NCBI GenBank assembly: GCA_965207065.1
Contig: OZ242260.1
Span: 1,696,001-1,760,000, forward strand
Length of the DNA stretch: 64,000 nucleotides
Reading direction: 5' to 3'
Origin: a bacterium
GTDB lineage: Bacteria > UBA8248
Shown here: positions 41,797 through 50,314 of the stretch, piece after piece
Layout: every line of letters begins with the position of its first letter
Position numbering within the stretch: the first letter of the stretch is position 1
Program-made: the position numbers and the translations under genes
Notes under the pieces: model-generated
Told to the model about the DNA's origin: nothing
What the model saw: the letters and a program-made list of their open reading frames with translations, nothing else
Databases searched by the model: none

Positions 41797-42279
41797 TCAG
41801 GCCGATGCGTTCAGCGTGACTTCGGTCCACCGCCAAGTCTTATCATCATTTACAGGCCACATGGGGGATCCATCGTAATAGGGGGCCACTGACACCGAAT
41901 ACACCGTGGTCGGGCCGTCCCCGCCGATGCCCGTATCGACCACCAGGTCATCCTGGCTCGCGGCTTCGCTGGTGAAGCATGTGCTCGTATCCGCCCCTAC
42001 TACTCCGTCTGTCACCAAGGCCCAAATTACGCACACCTTCTCAGGCAGGTCGGTTGCGAATTTGACGCCTTCGGGCTCCGACTGGAGCGACCACGAGACC
42101 CTGATCTTCCCGCCGCCGTCGTCGGTGGCGGAATCGACATACGCCTGGGGTCCTGTTTGGACTGTTTGCCCTAAAACCACGCCCGACCACAGCACGGCGA
42201 GACCCAGGCCCAGGAGACCGGCGAGCAGCGCCCGCCGCGTTTTCGCGAGATCCGAAACTACCTGTTTCCATCCGTTCAT
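41797..42279 (-). CDS. exported FN3-like array protein, copy 8
   Basis: Shared signal TRRALLAGLLGLGL and framework DSATDDGGGKIRVSW / VCVxW / DDLVVDTG / TVYS / EVTLNASA. Confidence 0.85.
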   Translation of the reverse strand: MNGWKQVVSDLAKTRRALLAGLLGLGLAVLWSGVVLGQTVQTGPQAYVDSATDDGGGKIRVSWSLQSEPEGVKFATDLPEKVCVIWALVTDGVVGADTSTCFTSEAASQDDLVVDTGIGGDGPTTVYSVSVAPYYDGSPMWPVNDDKTWRWTEVTLNASA

Positions 42280-42346
42280 GGCTTCTTCCTCCATCCATTT
42301 GTCCATCCGGCGCCGCCTTTTTCGAAACCGCGCCGGAGATGAATCG

Positions 42347-42829
42347 TCAGGCCGATGCGTTCAGCGTGACTTTGGTCCGCCGCCAAGTATCATCATCATT
42401 TACAGGCCACATGGGGAGTCCATTGTAATAGGGGGCCACTGACACCGAATACACCGTTTTCGGGCCGTCCCCGCCGATGCCCGTATCGACCACTAGGTCA
42501 TCCTGGTTCGCGGCTTCGCTGGTGAAGCATGTGCTCGTATCCGCCCCTTTTACTCCGTCTGTCACCACGGCCCAAATTACGCACACCTTCTCAGGCAGGT
42601 CGTTTGCGAATTTGACGCCTTCGGTCTCCGACTGGAGCGACCACGAGACCCTGATCTTCCCGCCGCCGTCGTCGGTGGCGGAATCGATATTCGCTTGGGG
42701 TCCCCTCCGGAGTGATTGCCCTAAAACCACGCCCGAACACAGAATGACGAGACCCAGGCCCAGGAGACCGGCGCGCAGCGCCCGCCGCGTTTTCGCGAAG
42801 TCCGAAATTCCCTGCTTCCATCCGTTCAT
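42347..42829 (-). CDS. exported FN3-like array protein, copy 7
   Basis: Same framework; closest to copy 8; signal h-region carries an L>R change (TRRALRAG). Confidence 0.85.
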   Translation of the reverse strand: MNGWKQGISDFAKTRRALRAGLLGLGLVILCSGVVLGQSLRRGPQANIDSATDDGGGKIRVSWSLQSETEGVKFANDLPEKVCVIWAVVTDGVKGADTSTCFTSEAANQDDLVVDTGIGGDGPKTVYSVSVAPYYNGLPMWPVNDDDTWRRTKVTLNASA

Positions 42830-42896
42830 GGCTTTTTCCTCCGTCCATTTGTCCATCCGGCGCCGCCTGTTTCGGAACAGCGCCGGAGATGAATCG

Positions 42897-43385
42897 TCAG
42901 ACCGATGCGTTCAGCGTGACTTCGGTCCGCCGCCAAACCCCATCCTCTTGAGGCCACAAGGGGAGACCATGGTAATAGGGGACCAAAGCCACCGAATACA
43001 CCGTTTTCGGGCCGTCCCCGCCGATGCCCGTATCGACCACCAGGTCATCCTGGCCCGAGACTTCGCTGGTGAAGCATGTGCTCGTATCCGCCCCTTTTAC
43101 TCCGTCTGTCACCACGGCCCAACGCACGCACACCTTTCCAGGCAGGTCGTTATCGAAAGCGACGCCGTCGGGCTCCGACTGGAGCGACCACGAGACACTG
43201 ATCTTCCCGCCGCCGTCGTCGGTGGCGGAATCGACATACGCGTGGGGTCCCACCTGTCTTAATTTACTTTCATTTGCGAAAACCGCGCCCGACCACAACA
43301 CGGCGAGGCCCAGGCCCAGTAGACCGGCGAGCAGCGCCCGCCGCGTCTTCGCGAGATCCGAAACTACCTGTTTCAAACTGTTCAT
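42897..43385 (-). CDS. exported FN3-like array protein, copy 6
   Basis: Same framework; first gene of module B. Confidence 0.85.
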   Translation of the reverse strand: MNSLKQVVSDLAKTRRALLAGLLGLGLAVLWSGAVFANESKLRQVGPHAYVDSATDDGGGKISVSWSLQSEPDGVAFDNDLPGKVCVRWAVVTDGVKGADTSTCFTSEVSGQDDLVVDTGIGGDGPKTVYSVALVPYYHGLPLWPQEDGVWRRTEVTLNASV

Positions 43386-43398
43386 GGCTTCTGCCTCC

Positions 43399-43631
43399 TC
43401 TCCCGTCATCGCGGATGAATCCGTCTCGACGGACCGTTTCCTTATTTTCAAGTATTATTTAATCAATTCATATTGCTGTATAAGAGCTATATTATTACCA
43501 ATAAATATCAATACACAAGAATTTTCGTGTGAATTCAGGAAGATTCCGCTTTTTTTCCCGGACGCGGGACCGGCGCAGGAGGACAGGGGTATCCGCCGAC
43601 CCCTTCCCGGTCGGGGTTGTTGAAAAGTCCC
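43399..43631 (-). promoter_or_regulatory. promoter/leader module copy B
   Basis: Homologous to copies A and C; AT-rich core. Confidence 0.6.
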
Positions 43632-43935
43632 AATCAATGAGGATTCGACGCGACCGACGAGAAAAGAGATATCACTCCCCCCTTGAGGGTCGGTCTATCC
43701 TCCTCGGGTAGACCGACGAAGAGCTGAGGGCGTAAGCCAGAAAGCGATTCGGTGGGGGGTACAACTCGGAGTGACGATAAAACGCGATTCACCCCCCACC
43801 GATTCAGCCTTCGCACAAACCGCTCGGCTTCATCGTCGGCTTTCCCCTCGGGAAGCCGACCCTCAAGGGGGGAGTGAACTTCAAAGGCGTTCGCGCAACC
43901 CAAATTCGCTTGCCGGGACTTTTTCTACAGACCTC
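43613..43935. mobile_element. MITE-like element with palindromic core 43673-43876
   Basis: Ends GGGGTTGTTGAAAAGTCCC / GGGACTTTTTCTACAGACC; multi-hairpin core. Confidence 0.55.
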
Positions 43936-44055
43936 TCAAGGGGGGAGTGGTTTTTCTCTCTCGTCGGTCGGTAATATACGACAAATCTAGAAATCAGGGC
44001 TTTTTCAACCTGAGGGGAAGTCCCGACCCCGCCGGAAGTTCTCCGCCGGCGGGCT

Positions 44056-44529
44056 TCAGGCCGATGCGTTCAGCGTGACTTCGGTCCACTCCCGCTTTTC
44101 AGGAAACAAGGGGACGCCATTGTAAAAGGGGATTATCGTCAGCGAATACACCGTTTTCGAGCCGTCCCCGCCGATGCCCGTATCGACCACCAGGTCATCC
44201 TGGTTCGAGGCTTCGTCGGTGAAGCATGTGTTCGTACCATATTTCCTTACTCCGTTTTCCACCTCGGCCCAATACACGCACACCTTGCCAGGCAGGTCGT
44301 TAGTGAAAGTGTGGTTGGGGGGAGGCTCCGACTGGAGCGACCACGAGACCCTGATCTTCCCGCCGCCGTCGTCGGTGGCGGAATCGACATACGCTTCGGG
44401 TCCCACCACACCTGTGGTTGCGAAAACCGCGCCCGGACACAGAATGAAGAGCCCCAGGCCCAGGAGACCGGCGAGCAGCGCCCGCCGCGTCTTCGCGAGG
44501 GCCGAAACTGCCTGTTTCCATCCGTTCAT
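44056..44529 (-). CDS. exported FN3-like array protein, copy 5
   Basis: Same framework; shortened C-terminal loop. Confidence 0.85.
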   Translation of the reverse strand: MNGWKQAVSALAKTRRALLAGLLGLGLFILCPGAVFATTGVVGPEAYVDSATDDGGGKIRVSWSLQSEPPPNHTFTNDLPGKVCVYWAEVENGVRKYGTNTCFTDEASNQDDLVVDTGIGGDGSKTVYSLTIIPFYNGVPLFPEKREWTEVTLNASA

Positions 44530-44541
44530 GGCTTCTTCCTC

Positions 44542-45054
44542 CTATGGTTGCTGCGGTATTCCGATGCGCGTCCAGGTCATTGTGTTCAGCGTGACTTCGG
44601 TCCGCTGCCAAACGCCATCCACTAGAGGCCAAAAGGGTATACCACCGTAATAGGGGATCACAGACACCGAATACACCGTTTCCGGGTCGTCCACGCCGAG
44701 GCCTGTATCGACCACCAGGTCCTCCTGGCTCGAGACTTCGCTGGTGTAGCATGTGCTCGTAAACGACCCGAATACTCCGTCTTTCACCACGGCCCAATTC
44801 ACGCACACCTTTCCAGGCAGGTCGTTAGTGAAATAGTAGCCGGCGGGTGGCTCCGACTCGAGCGACCACGATATCCTGATCTTCCCGACGCCGTCGTCGG
44901 TGGCGGAATCGACATTCGCATGGGGTCCTATCTGCGTTGCGGCTGCGAAAACCACGCCCGGAAACAGAATGATGAGACCCAGGCCCAGGAGACCGGCGAG
45001 CAGCGCCCGCCGCGTCTTCGCGAAGTTTGAAACTCCCTGTTTCCAACTGTTCAT
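44542..45054 (-). CDS. exported FN3-like array protein, copy 4 (altered C-terminal tail)
   Basis: Same framework; ends TLNTMTWTRIGIPQQP. Confidence 0.85.
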   Translation of the reverse strand: MNSWKQGVSNFAKTRRALLAGLLGLGLIILFPGVVFAAATQIGPHANVDSATDDGVGKIRISWSLESEPPAGYYFTNDLPGKVCVNWAVVKDGVFGSFTSTCYTSEVSSQEDLVVDTGLGVDDPETVYSVSVIPYYGGIPFWPLVDGVWQRTEVTLNTMTWTRIGIPQQP

Positions 45055-45095
45055 GGTTTCTTCCTTCTATGGCCCCTGCGTCCATCCGGCGCGCG

Positions 45096-45578
45096 TCAAT
45101 TATTTGCGTTCAGAGTGACTTTGGTCGTCTGCCAAACCCCATCCACTAGAGGCCACACGGGGAAACCGTTGTAATAGGGGACCAGCATCAGCGAATACAC
45201 CGTTTTCGAGCCGTCCCCGCCGATGCCCGTATCGACCACCAGGTCATCCTGGCTCGCGACTTCGCTGGTGAAGCATGTGCTCGTTTCCGCCCCATTTACT
45301 CCGTCTTCCACCACGGCCCAATCAACGCACACCTTTCCAGGCAGGTCGTTAATGAATTCGACTCCATCGGGCTCCGACTCGAGCGACCACGAAACCCTGA
45401 TCTTCCCGCCGCCGTCGTCGGTGGCGGAATCGACAATCGCATGGGGTCCCACCCTTTTTGCGGAAATTGCGAAAACCACGCCCGACCACAGAATGACGAG
45501 ACCCAGGCCCAGTAGACCGGCGAGCAGCGCCCGCCGCGTCTTCGCGAGGGCCGAAACTGCCTGCTTCCATCCGTTCAT
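45096..45578 (-). CDS. exported FN3-like array protein, copy 3
   Basis: Nearly identical to copy 2. Confidence 0.85.
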   Translation of the reverse strand: MNGWKQAVSALAKTRRALLAGLLGLGLVILWSGVVFAISAKRVGPHAIVDSATDDGGGKIRVSWSLESEPDGVEFINDLPGKVCVDWAVVEDGVNGAETSTCFTSEVASQDDLVVDTGIGGDGSKTVYSLMLVPYYNGFPVWPLVDGVWQTTKVTLNANN

Positions 45579-45629
45579 GGCTTCTTCCTCCTCCGGCCCA
45601 TGTCTCCATCCGGCGCCGGCCGGCGCGCG

Positions 45630-46112
45630 TCAGGCCGATGCGTTCAGCGTGACTTCGGTCCTTTGCCAAACCCCATCCACTAGAGGCCACACGGGGAAAC
45701 CGTTGTAATAGGGGACCAGCATCAGCGAATACACCGTTTTCGGGCCGTCGCCTCCGATGCCCGTATCGACCACCAGGTCATCCTGGCTCGCGACTTCGCT
45801 GGTGAAGCATGTGCTCGTTTCCGCCCCATATACTCCGTCTTCCACCACGGCCCAATCAACGCACACCTTTCCAGGCAGGTCGTTAATGAATTCGACTCCA
45901 TCGGGCTCCGACTGGAGCGACCACGAGACCCTGATCTTCCCGCCGCCGTCGTCGGTGGCGGAATCGACAATCGCATGGGGTCCCACCCTTTTTGCGGAAA
46001 TTGCGAAAACCACGCCCGACCATAGAATGACGAGCCCCAGGCCCAGGAGACCGGCGAGCAGCGCGCGCCGCGTCTTCGCGAGATCCGAAACTACCTGTTT
46101 CCAACTGTTCAT
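45630..46112 (-). CDS. exported FN3-like array protein, copy 2
   Basis: Same framework. Confidence 0.85.
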   Translation of the reverse strand: MNSWKQVVSDLAKTRRALLAGLLGLGLVILWSGVVFAISAKRVGPHAIVDSATDDGGGKIRVSWSLQSEPDGVEFINDLPGKVCVDWAVVEDGVYGAETSTCFTSEVASQDDLVVDTGIGGDGPKTVYSLMLVPYYNGFPVWPLVDGVWQRTEVTLNASA

Positions 46113-46162
46113 GGCTTCTTCCTCCTCCGGCCCATGTCTCCATCCGGCGCCGCCGGCGCGCG

Positions 46163-46645
46163 TCAGGCCGATGCGTTCAGCGTGACTTCGGTCGTCAGCT
46201 GATTCCCATTTTCATCTGCAGGAAACGTAGGGAGACCATAGTAATAGGGGACCGGTATCACCGAATACACCGTTTTCGGGCCGTCCCCGCCGATGCCCGT
46301 ATCGACCACCAGGTCATCCTGGCTCGCGACTTCGCTGGTGAAGCATGTGTCCGTATACGACCCTTCTACTCCGTCTTCCACCACGGCCCAAAACACGCAC
46401 ACTTTCTCAGGCAGGTCTTTCTTGAAAGTGACGTCTTCGGGCTCCGACTGGAGCGACCACGATATCCTGATCTTCCCGCCGCCGTCGTCGGTGGCGGAAT
46501 CGATAATCACACGGGGGCCATACACAATTGTTGTTGCGAAAACCACGCCCGACCACAGCACGGCGAGCCCCAGGCCCAGTAGACCGGCGAGCAGCGCCCG
46601 CCGCGTCTTCGCGAAGTTTGAAACTCCCTGCTTCCATCCGTTCAT
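46163..46645 (-). CDS. exported FN3-like array protein, copy 1
   Basis: Same framework; first gene of module C; ATG 46645 follows GGAGG. Confidence 0.85.
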   Translation of the reverse strand: MNGWKQGVSNFAKTRRALLAGLLGLGLAVLWSGVVFATTIVYGPRVIIDSATDDGGGKIRISWSLQSEPEDVTFKKDLPEKVCVFWAVVEDGVEGSYTDTCFTSEVASQDDLVVDTGIGGDGPKTVYSVIPVPYYYGLPTFPADENGNQLTTEVTLNASA

Positions 46646-46658
46646 GGCTTCTTCCTCC

Positions 46659-46881
46659 TCTCCCGTCATCGCGGATGAATCCGTCTCGACGGACCGTTTT
46701 TGTAATTCCCAAGTATTATCCAATAAATGTATATTGCCTACTAAAAGCTATAATATTACCAAGTATTATCATTAGACAAGAAAATTCCGGGGAGATTCCG
46801 TTTTTTTCCGGACGCGTGACTGGCGCAGCGGCACATGGGCATCCGCCGACCTCTTCCCGGTCGGGGTTGTTGAAAAAGTCC
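46659..46881 (-). promoter_or_regulatory. promoter/leader module copy C
   Basis: Homologous to copies A and B. Confidence 0.6.
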
Positions 46882-47159
46882 TTCAAGTGGGGGGAGTGTT
46901 CCCTTTCTTCTCGGTCGGGTTTCAAATTCACTCCCCCCTTGAGGGGGAGTCGATGAAGCCGAGCGTTTTGTGCGAAGGCTGAATCGGTGGGGGGTGAATC
47001 GCGTTTTATCGCCACTCCGAGTTATACCCCCCACCGAATCGCTTTCGGGCTTACGCCCTCAGCTCTTCGACTCCCCCTCAAGGGGGGAGTAATTGTTTGG
47101 CGCTCTGCAAGGTGAGGATGGTTTAACCCGACCCCAAAGGGGTCTTTTTCCACAGCCCC
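46863..47159. mobile_element. MITE-like element with palindromic core 46929-47090
   Basis: Ends GGGGTTGTTGAAAAAGTCC / GGTCTTTTTCCACAGCCCC; the core is the approximate reverse complement of 43673-43876. Confidence 0.55.
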
Positions 47160-47285
47160 CTCAAGGGGGGAGTGATTTTTCACCCTCATCGGTTGAGAGC
47201 GCCCCTTCGTCAGGCTCAGGTCGAACCCCCGAAACGGCGCCTGCGCGCCCGCCCGGGACGAGGGGGAGCCGGTTCGCGTTGCGCG

Positions 47286-48284
47286 CTAGCGGGACCCTTC
47301 CGCCCGGAACTCATGGCTCAGGGCGTTGAATATGGCGGTGATGGTGGACTCGCTGCCGTCCTGCTCGATAAACGTCACCTTGTTGAATCCCGCCACGAGG
47401 CGCGGGTTGCCCGCCCCGTCGCGGCGGTTCGAGAGCCCCCCGCCCCAATACCCGGTGCGGATTCTTTCGACCGAACGCCCGGGATGCGTGACCGTTACGC
47501 CTTCGCCGGTCTGAAACGTGCCGTCGGGATTGAATTCCGTGGGCGCGTAGCGCACCTCGTAGTCCCTGGGATGCGCCAGCAGCGCGACCGGCTCGGTCTC
47601 GAACCTGTTGAAAGCGCTCGCGAGGTGTAAGCGCTGCACGGTGAGGTCGCCCTCACACCCCAGGCAGCCTTCGATGGTCCCGGCGGCGAAATCCGCCGTG
47701 AACGTGGCGACGCCCGCGAACTCCTCGGAGGAAATCTTGCCCTTCGCATCTCCCCAGCCGTCCCCGTAAGTGTAGAGGTAGCGCCCGCCCGCCCCGCCGC
47801 TGTAGGACGCCGTGCCCGTTGCGGGCAGGGGCGGCTGGAAATTCGGGTCGAGCTCGGGGCCGTCTATGAACAGGACGGTCTGGCTGTCGTCATGTTTCGG
47901 GTCGATGTCGGGATAGCGCTGGTTGATGAAACGGATCCACCAGCCCGCCGCGAGATAATCCTCCGGGTCGTCCTCATTCCAGCTCACCACCACGTAGCCC
48001 AGGATGGGGTCTTCCCCGTCTTCGCCCTTCTGCAGGAGCGTCCACGCGCGCCCCGCATGAGCGGGCATCTCCGTGGCGAAGGGGGCCGTGCTCTCCGCGT
48101 CACGCTGCGTGTCGAGCACCACCCTGGCGCCATCGCGATGCGTATAATCGATGGTGAGGACGTCGTTTTCGAACGTGGTGGCGCGCGTATGGTCGATCCG
48201 GGGCGCGGTTTTCCCGCCGCCGCCGCCGAGGCTGCACCCCAGAACCAGGAAAGCCGATAGAATCAAAAACAAATGCCGCGTCAT
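47286..48284 (-). CDS. lipoprotein with TbpB-like beta-barrel features
   Basis: Lipobox LVLG-C followed by a Gly linker; LPATGTASYSG and FTADFAAGTIEG resemble TbpB-type barrels. Confidence 0.6.
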   Translation of the reverse strand: MTRHLFLILSAFLVLGCSLGGGGGKTAPRIDHTRATTFENDVLTIDYTHRDGARVVLDTQRDAESTAPFATEMPAHAGRAWTLLQKGEDGEDPILGYVVVSWNEDDPEDYLAAGWWIRFINQRYPDIDPKHDDSQTVLFIDGPELDPNFQPPLPATGTASYSGGAGGRYLYTYGDGWGDAKGKISSEEFAGVATFTADFAAGTIEGCLGCEGDLTVQRLHLASAFNRFETEPVALLAHPRDYEVRYAPTEFNPDGTFQTGEGVTVTHPGRSVERIRTGYWGGGLSNRRDGAGNPRLVAGFNKVTFIEQDGSESTITAIFNALSHEFRAEGSR

Positions 48285-48664
48285 GCTGAAATCCCCCGTG
48301 CAAGTAAAGGCCCGTGAACCGACGATGAAATCGGCGGCCGAAAATTCCGGGCCGAACCGTTCGCTCCCGGTCGCCGCTGTCGGCGAAAGAAGGATCCGTA
48401 ATGATACCAATTATAAGCATTTTAATACGTGATTATTGTGATGTATTACGCATAAATCGTGCTTTTATCGTGAGAATTTGCGTCTAAATGCATTTTTTTC
48501 GATGCCGGCGCCAGGAACGGGGGCGTCCGCCATCAAGTCAACGGACATTCGGGCGGGGAATGATGCGCTTCGCTCCACGGCGGGATCCGAAAAGCGGCGA
48601 TGAAACCACTCCCCTTACGAGGGTCACCGGCGCATGATGAATGGGGAGGAAACACTCCCCGCAT

Positions 48665-49004
48665 GGAGTTGGTGAAAAAGCCTTCATCAATCGCGTTTGA
48701 TCAGCAGGTGGCGGTTCCTCCTTCGTCGGAACCTGCTCCCCGGGAGCGCCCCGCATGCCACGAACCGGACGGGCCGCACATATGAGTGGGGCGGCTCAGA
48801 AGACGGACCGCCACCTGCACCAGGCTCACGACCGAAACGACGTGCGGGATGTGGTTTTGAAAGAGACGAAAAGGCAAAGTCAAAATGGATTCCGGCATTC
48901 GCCGGAATGACGAACAAAACCGCATCGCGTCTTGTAGTGACAGCACCTCCTCGGAGTTGTCCCACAGGCCGCGACCTGTCCCTGCGGACTTTTTCAGCAA
49001 CCCC
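48665..49004. mobile_element. MITE-like element containing CGTC- and degenerate GTAG-type REPs
   Basis: Ends GGAGTTGGTGAAAAAGCC / GGACTTTTTCAGCAACCCC; TGGATTCCGGCATTCGCCGGAATGACG at 48886-48912. Confidence 0.5.
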
Positions 49005-49011
49005 ACCCCGC

Positions 49012-49083
49012 TCGCGTCAATCACTCCCGTATTGGTCGCGTCAATCACTCCCGTATGGGTCGCGTTAATCACTCCCGCATTGG
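49012..49083. repeat. 24-bp tandem repeat, 3 copies plus a degenerate fourth
   Basis: TCGCGT(C/T)AATCACTCCCG(T/C)AT(T/G)GG x3. Confidence 0.85.
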
Positions 49084-49096
49084 TCGTGATTAATCA

Positions 49097-49495
49097 TCCG
49101 CATTTGCCCGCAGTTGCGCGTCGCGCCGAAAAATCATCGTCTCCGGCTACGCGCCCCCATCGAGACGAAGGCGCATCTGCCCGCATTTGCCGTCGGGGGA
49201 ATTTCGCGTCGGTGGGGTATGCTGGAGAGGCCGCCCGCCGGCCTTTGTTTTTCAGGCCGCGGAAGGGGCGCTGCCCGCAGGGATCGGGCCGCCGCCCGGG
49301 CGAGGCGCGGGAGGCGCGAAATGCAAATTATCATTTCCGTAAATTTCGATAAATTCAGATAAATTCACGGGGTTTTTCGACAAATTTCCATAAATTTTTT
49401 CGGTGGGATAAGACGCCGCGGAATCCGGGCGCAGGGGAATTCTGCCATGACCCGCGCATCTCAAGATAACGGCAAATGCGCGGATTTGCGGGGAG
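49097..49495 (+). repeat. dispersed non-coding element, copy 1
   Basis: Three blocks match 61297-61626 in reverse complement, and one block matches ~35152-35212. Confidence 0.65.
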
Positions 49496-49606
49496 CTGCG
49501 GGCGTGATATTCCTTCGCGCGCGCCTTGCGCCGGCGCGCGCGAATTGTAAGAATGCGGGTGGGCGCAAGGGCCTGATTTCACTGGGGTTTTCGGGGAGAA
49601 ACGAAA

Positions 49607-50302
49607 ATGGCGCGGCGCATGATTCTGGTGTTGACTCTGGGAGTTCTCGTCGGTCTGGCGGGCGCGCCCGCGTGGCGCTGGCTCGAGAGAAGCTTCTTCG
49701 AGAGCCTGCCCGTATACTCGCAACTACCTGATTTTGCGCTGCTTGACGCATCGGGGCGGAAGTTTGCGAGGGAGCGCTTAAGCGGTAAGGTCTGGGTGGC
49801 GGACTTCATCTACACGCGGTGTGAGGATACCTGCCCCTTGCAGAGCGTCGAGATGAGAAGGCTTCAGCAGGACTTCGCCGCGCACGAGGATTTCCGTCAG
49901 CTCTCCATCACCACCGACCCCGCGTACGATAAGGCGGCGACGCTGGCCGCCTATGCGCGCAAGTTCGGCGCGGACAGGGCGCGGTGGTTTTTTCTGACGG
50001 GTAAAGAAAAGGAAATCAAAGAGTTAGCGCTCAAGGGCTTTCGCCTGAGCTACGCCACCAAACGAGCCATGCGCTCTCCGGGCAGCATCGGCGGGCGGGC
50101 TTTCCGGCTTCTGCTACCCAGCGCGCACGCCCATCATCCCGGGCATGAAGAGGGCGGGAAGACGCCGGGAATCCTGATCTCCCACAGCTCGCGATTCGTG
50201 CTCATCGACAGGAACTTCACCATCCGCGGCTATTACCACAGCAACGACACGGAATCACTCGAGAAGCTGAGGAAGGATTTGAAGGTCCTGCTAAATAGTT
50301 GA
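49607..50302 (+). CDS. SCO1/SenC family copper chaperone
   Basis: N-terminal TM, FIYTRCEDTCP (CxxxC), TTDP..D and HSSRFVLID. Confidence 0.9.
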   Translation: MARRMILVLTLGVLVGLAGAPAWRWLERSFFESLPVYSQLPDFALLDASGRKFARERLSGKVWVADFIYTRCEDTCPLQSVEMRRLQQDFAAHEDFRQLSITTDPAYDKAATLAAYARKFGADRARWFFLTGKEKEIKELALKGFRLSYATKRAMRSPGSIGGRAFRLLLPSAHAHHPGHEEGGKTPGILISHSSRFVLIDRNFTIRGYYHSNDTESLEKLRKDLKVLLNS

Positions 50303-50314
50303 TTTGTATATCAT

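Noticed and set aside
41797-46645. CRISPR array or integron cassette array
   Set aside because: The ~500-bp units are homologous protein-coding genes, not repeat-spacer units. No cas gene, integron integrase or attC-like sites are seen.
41797-46645. Complete DGR locus
   Set aside because: No reverse transcriptase, Avd or non-coding template repeat is in the window, and the variation includes indels across the whole gene.
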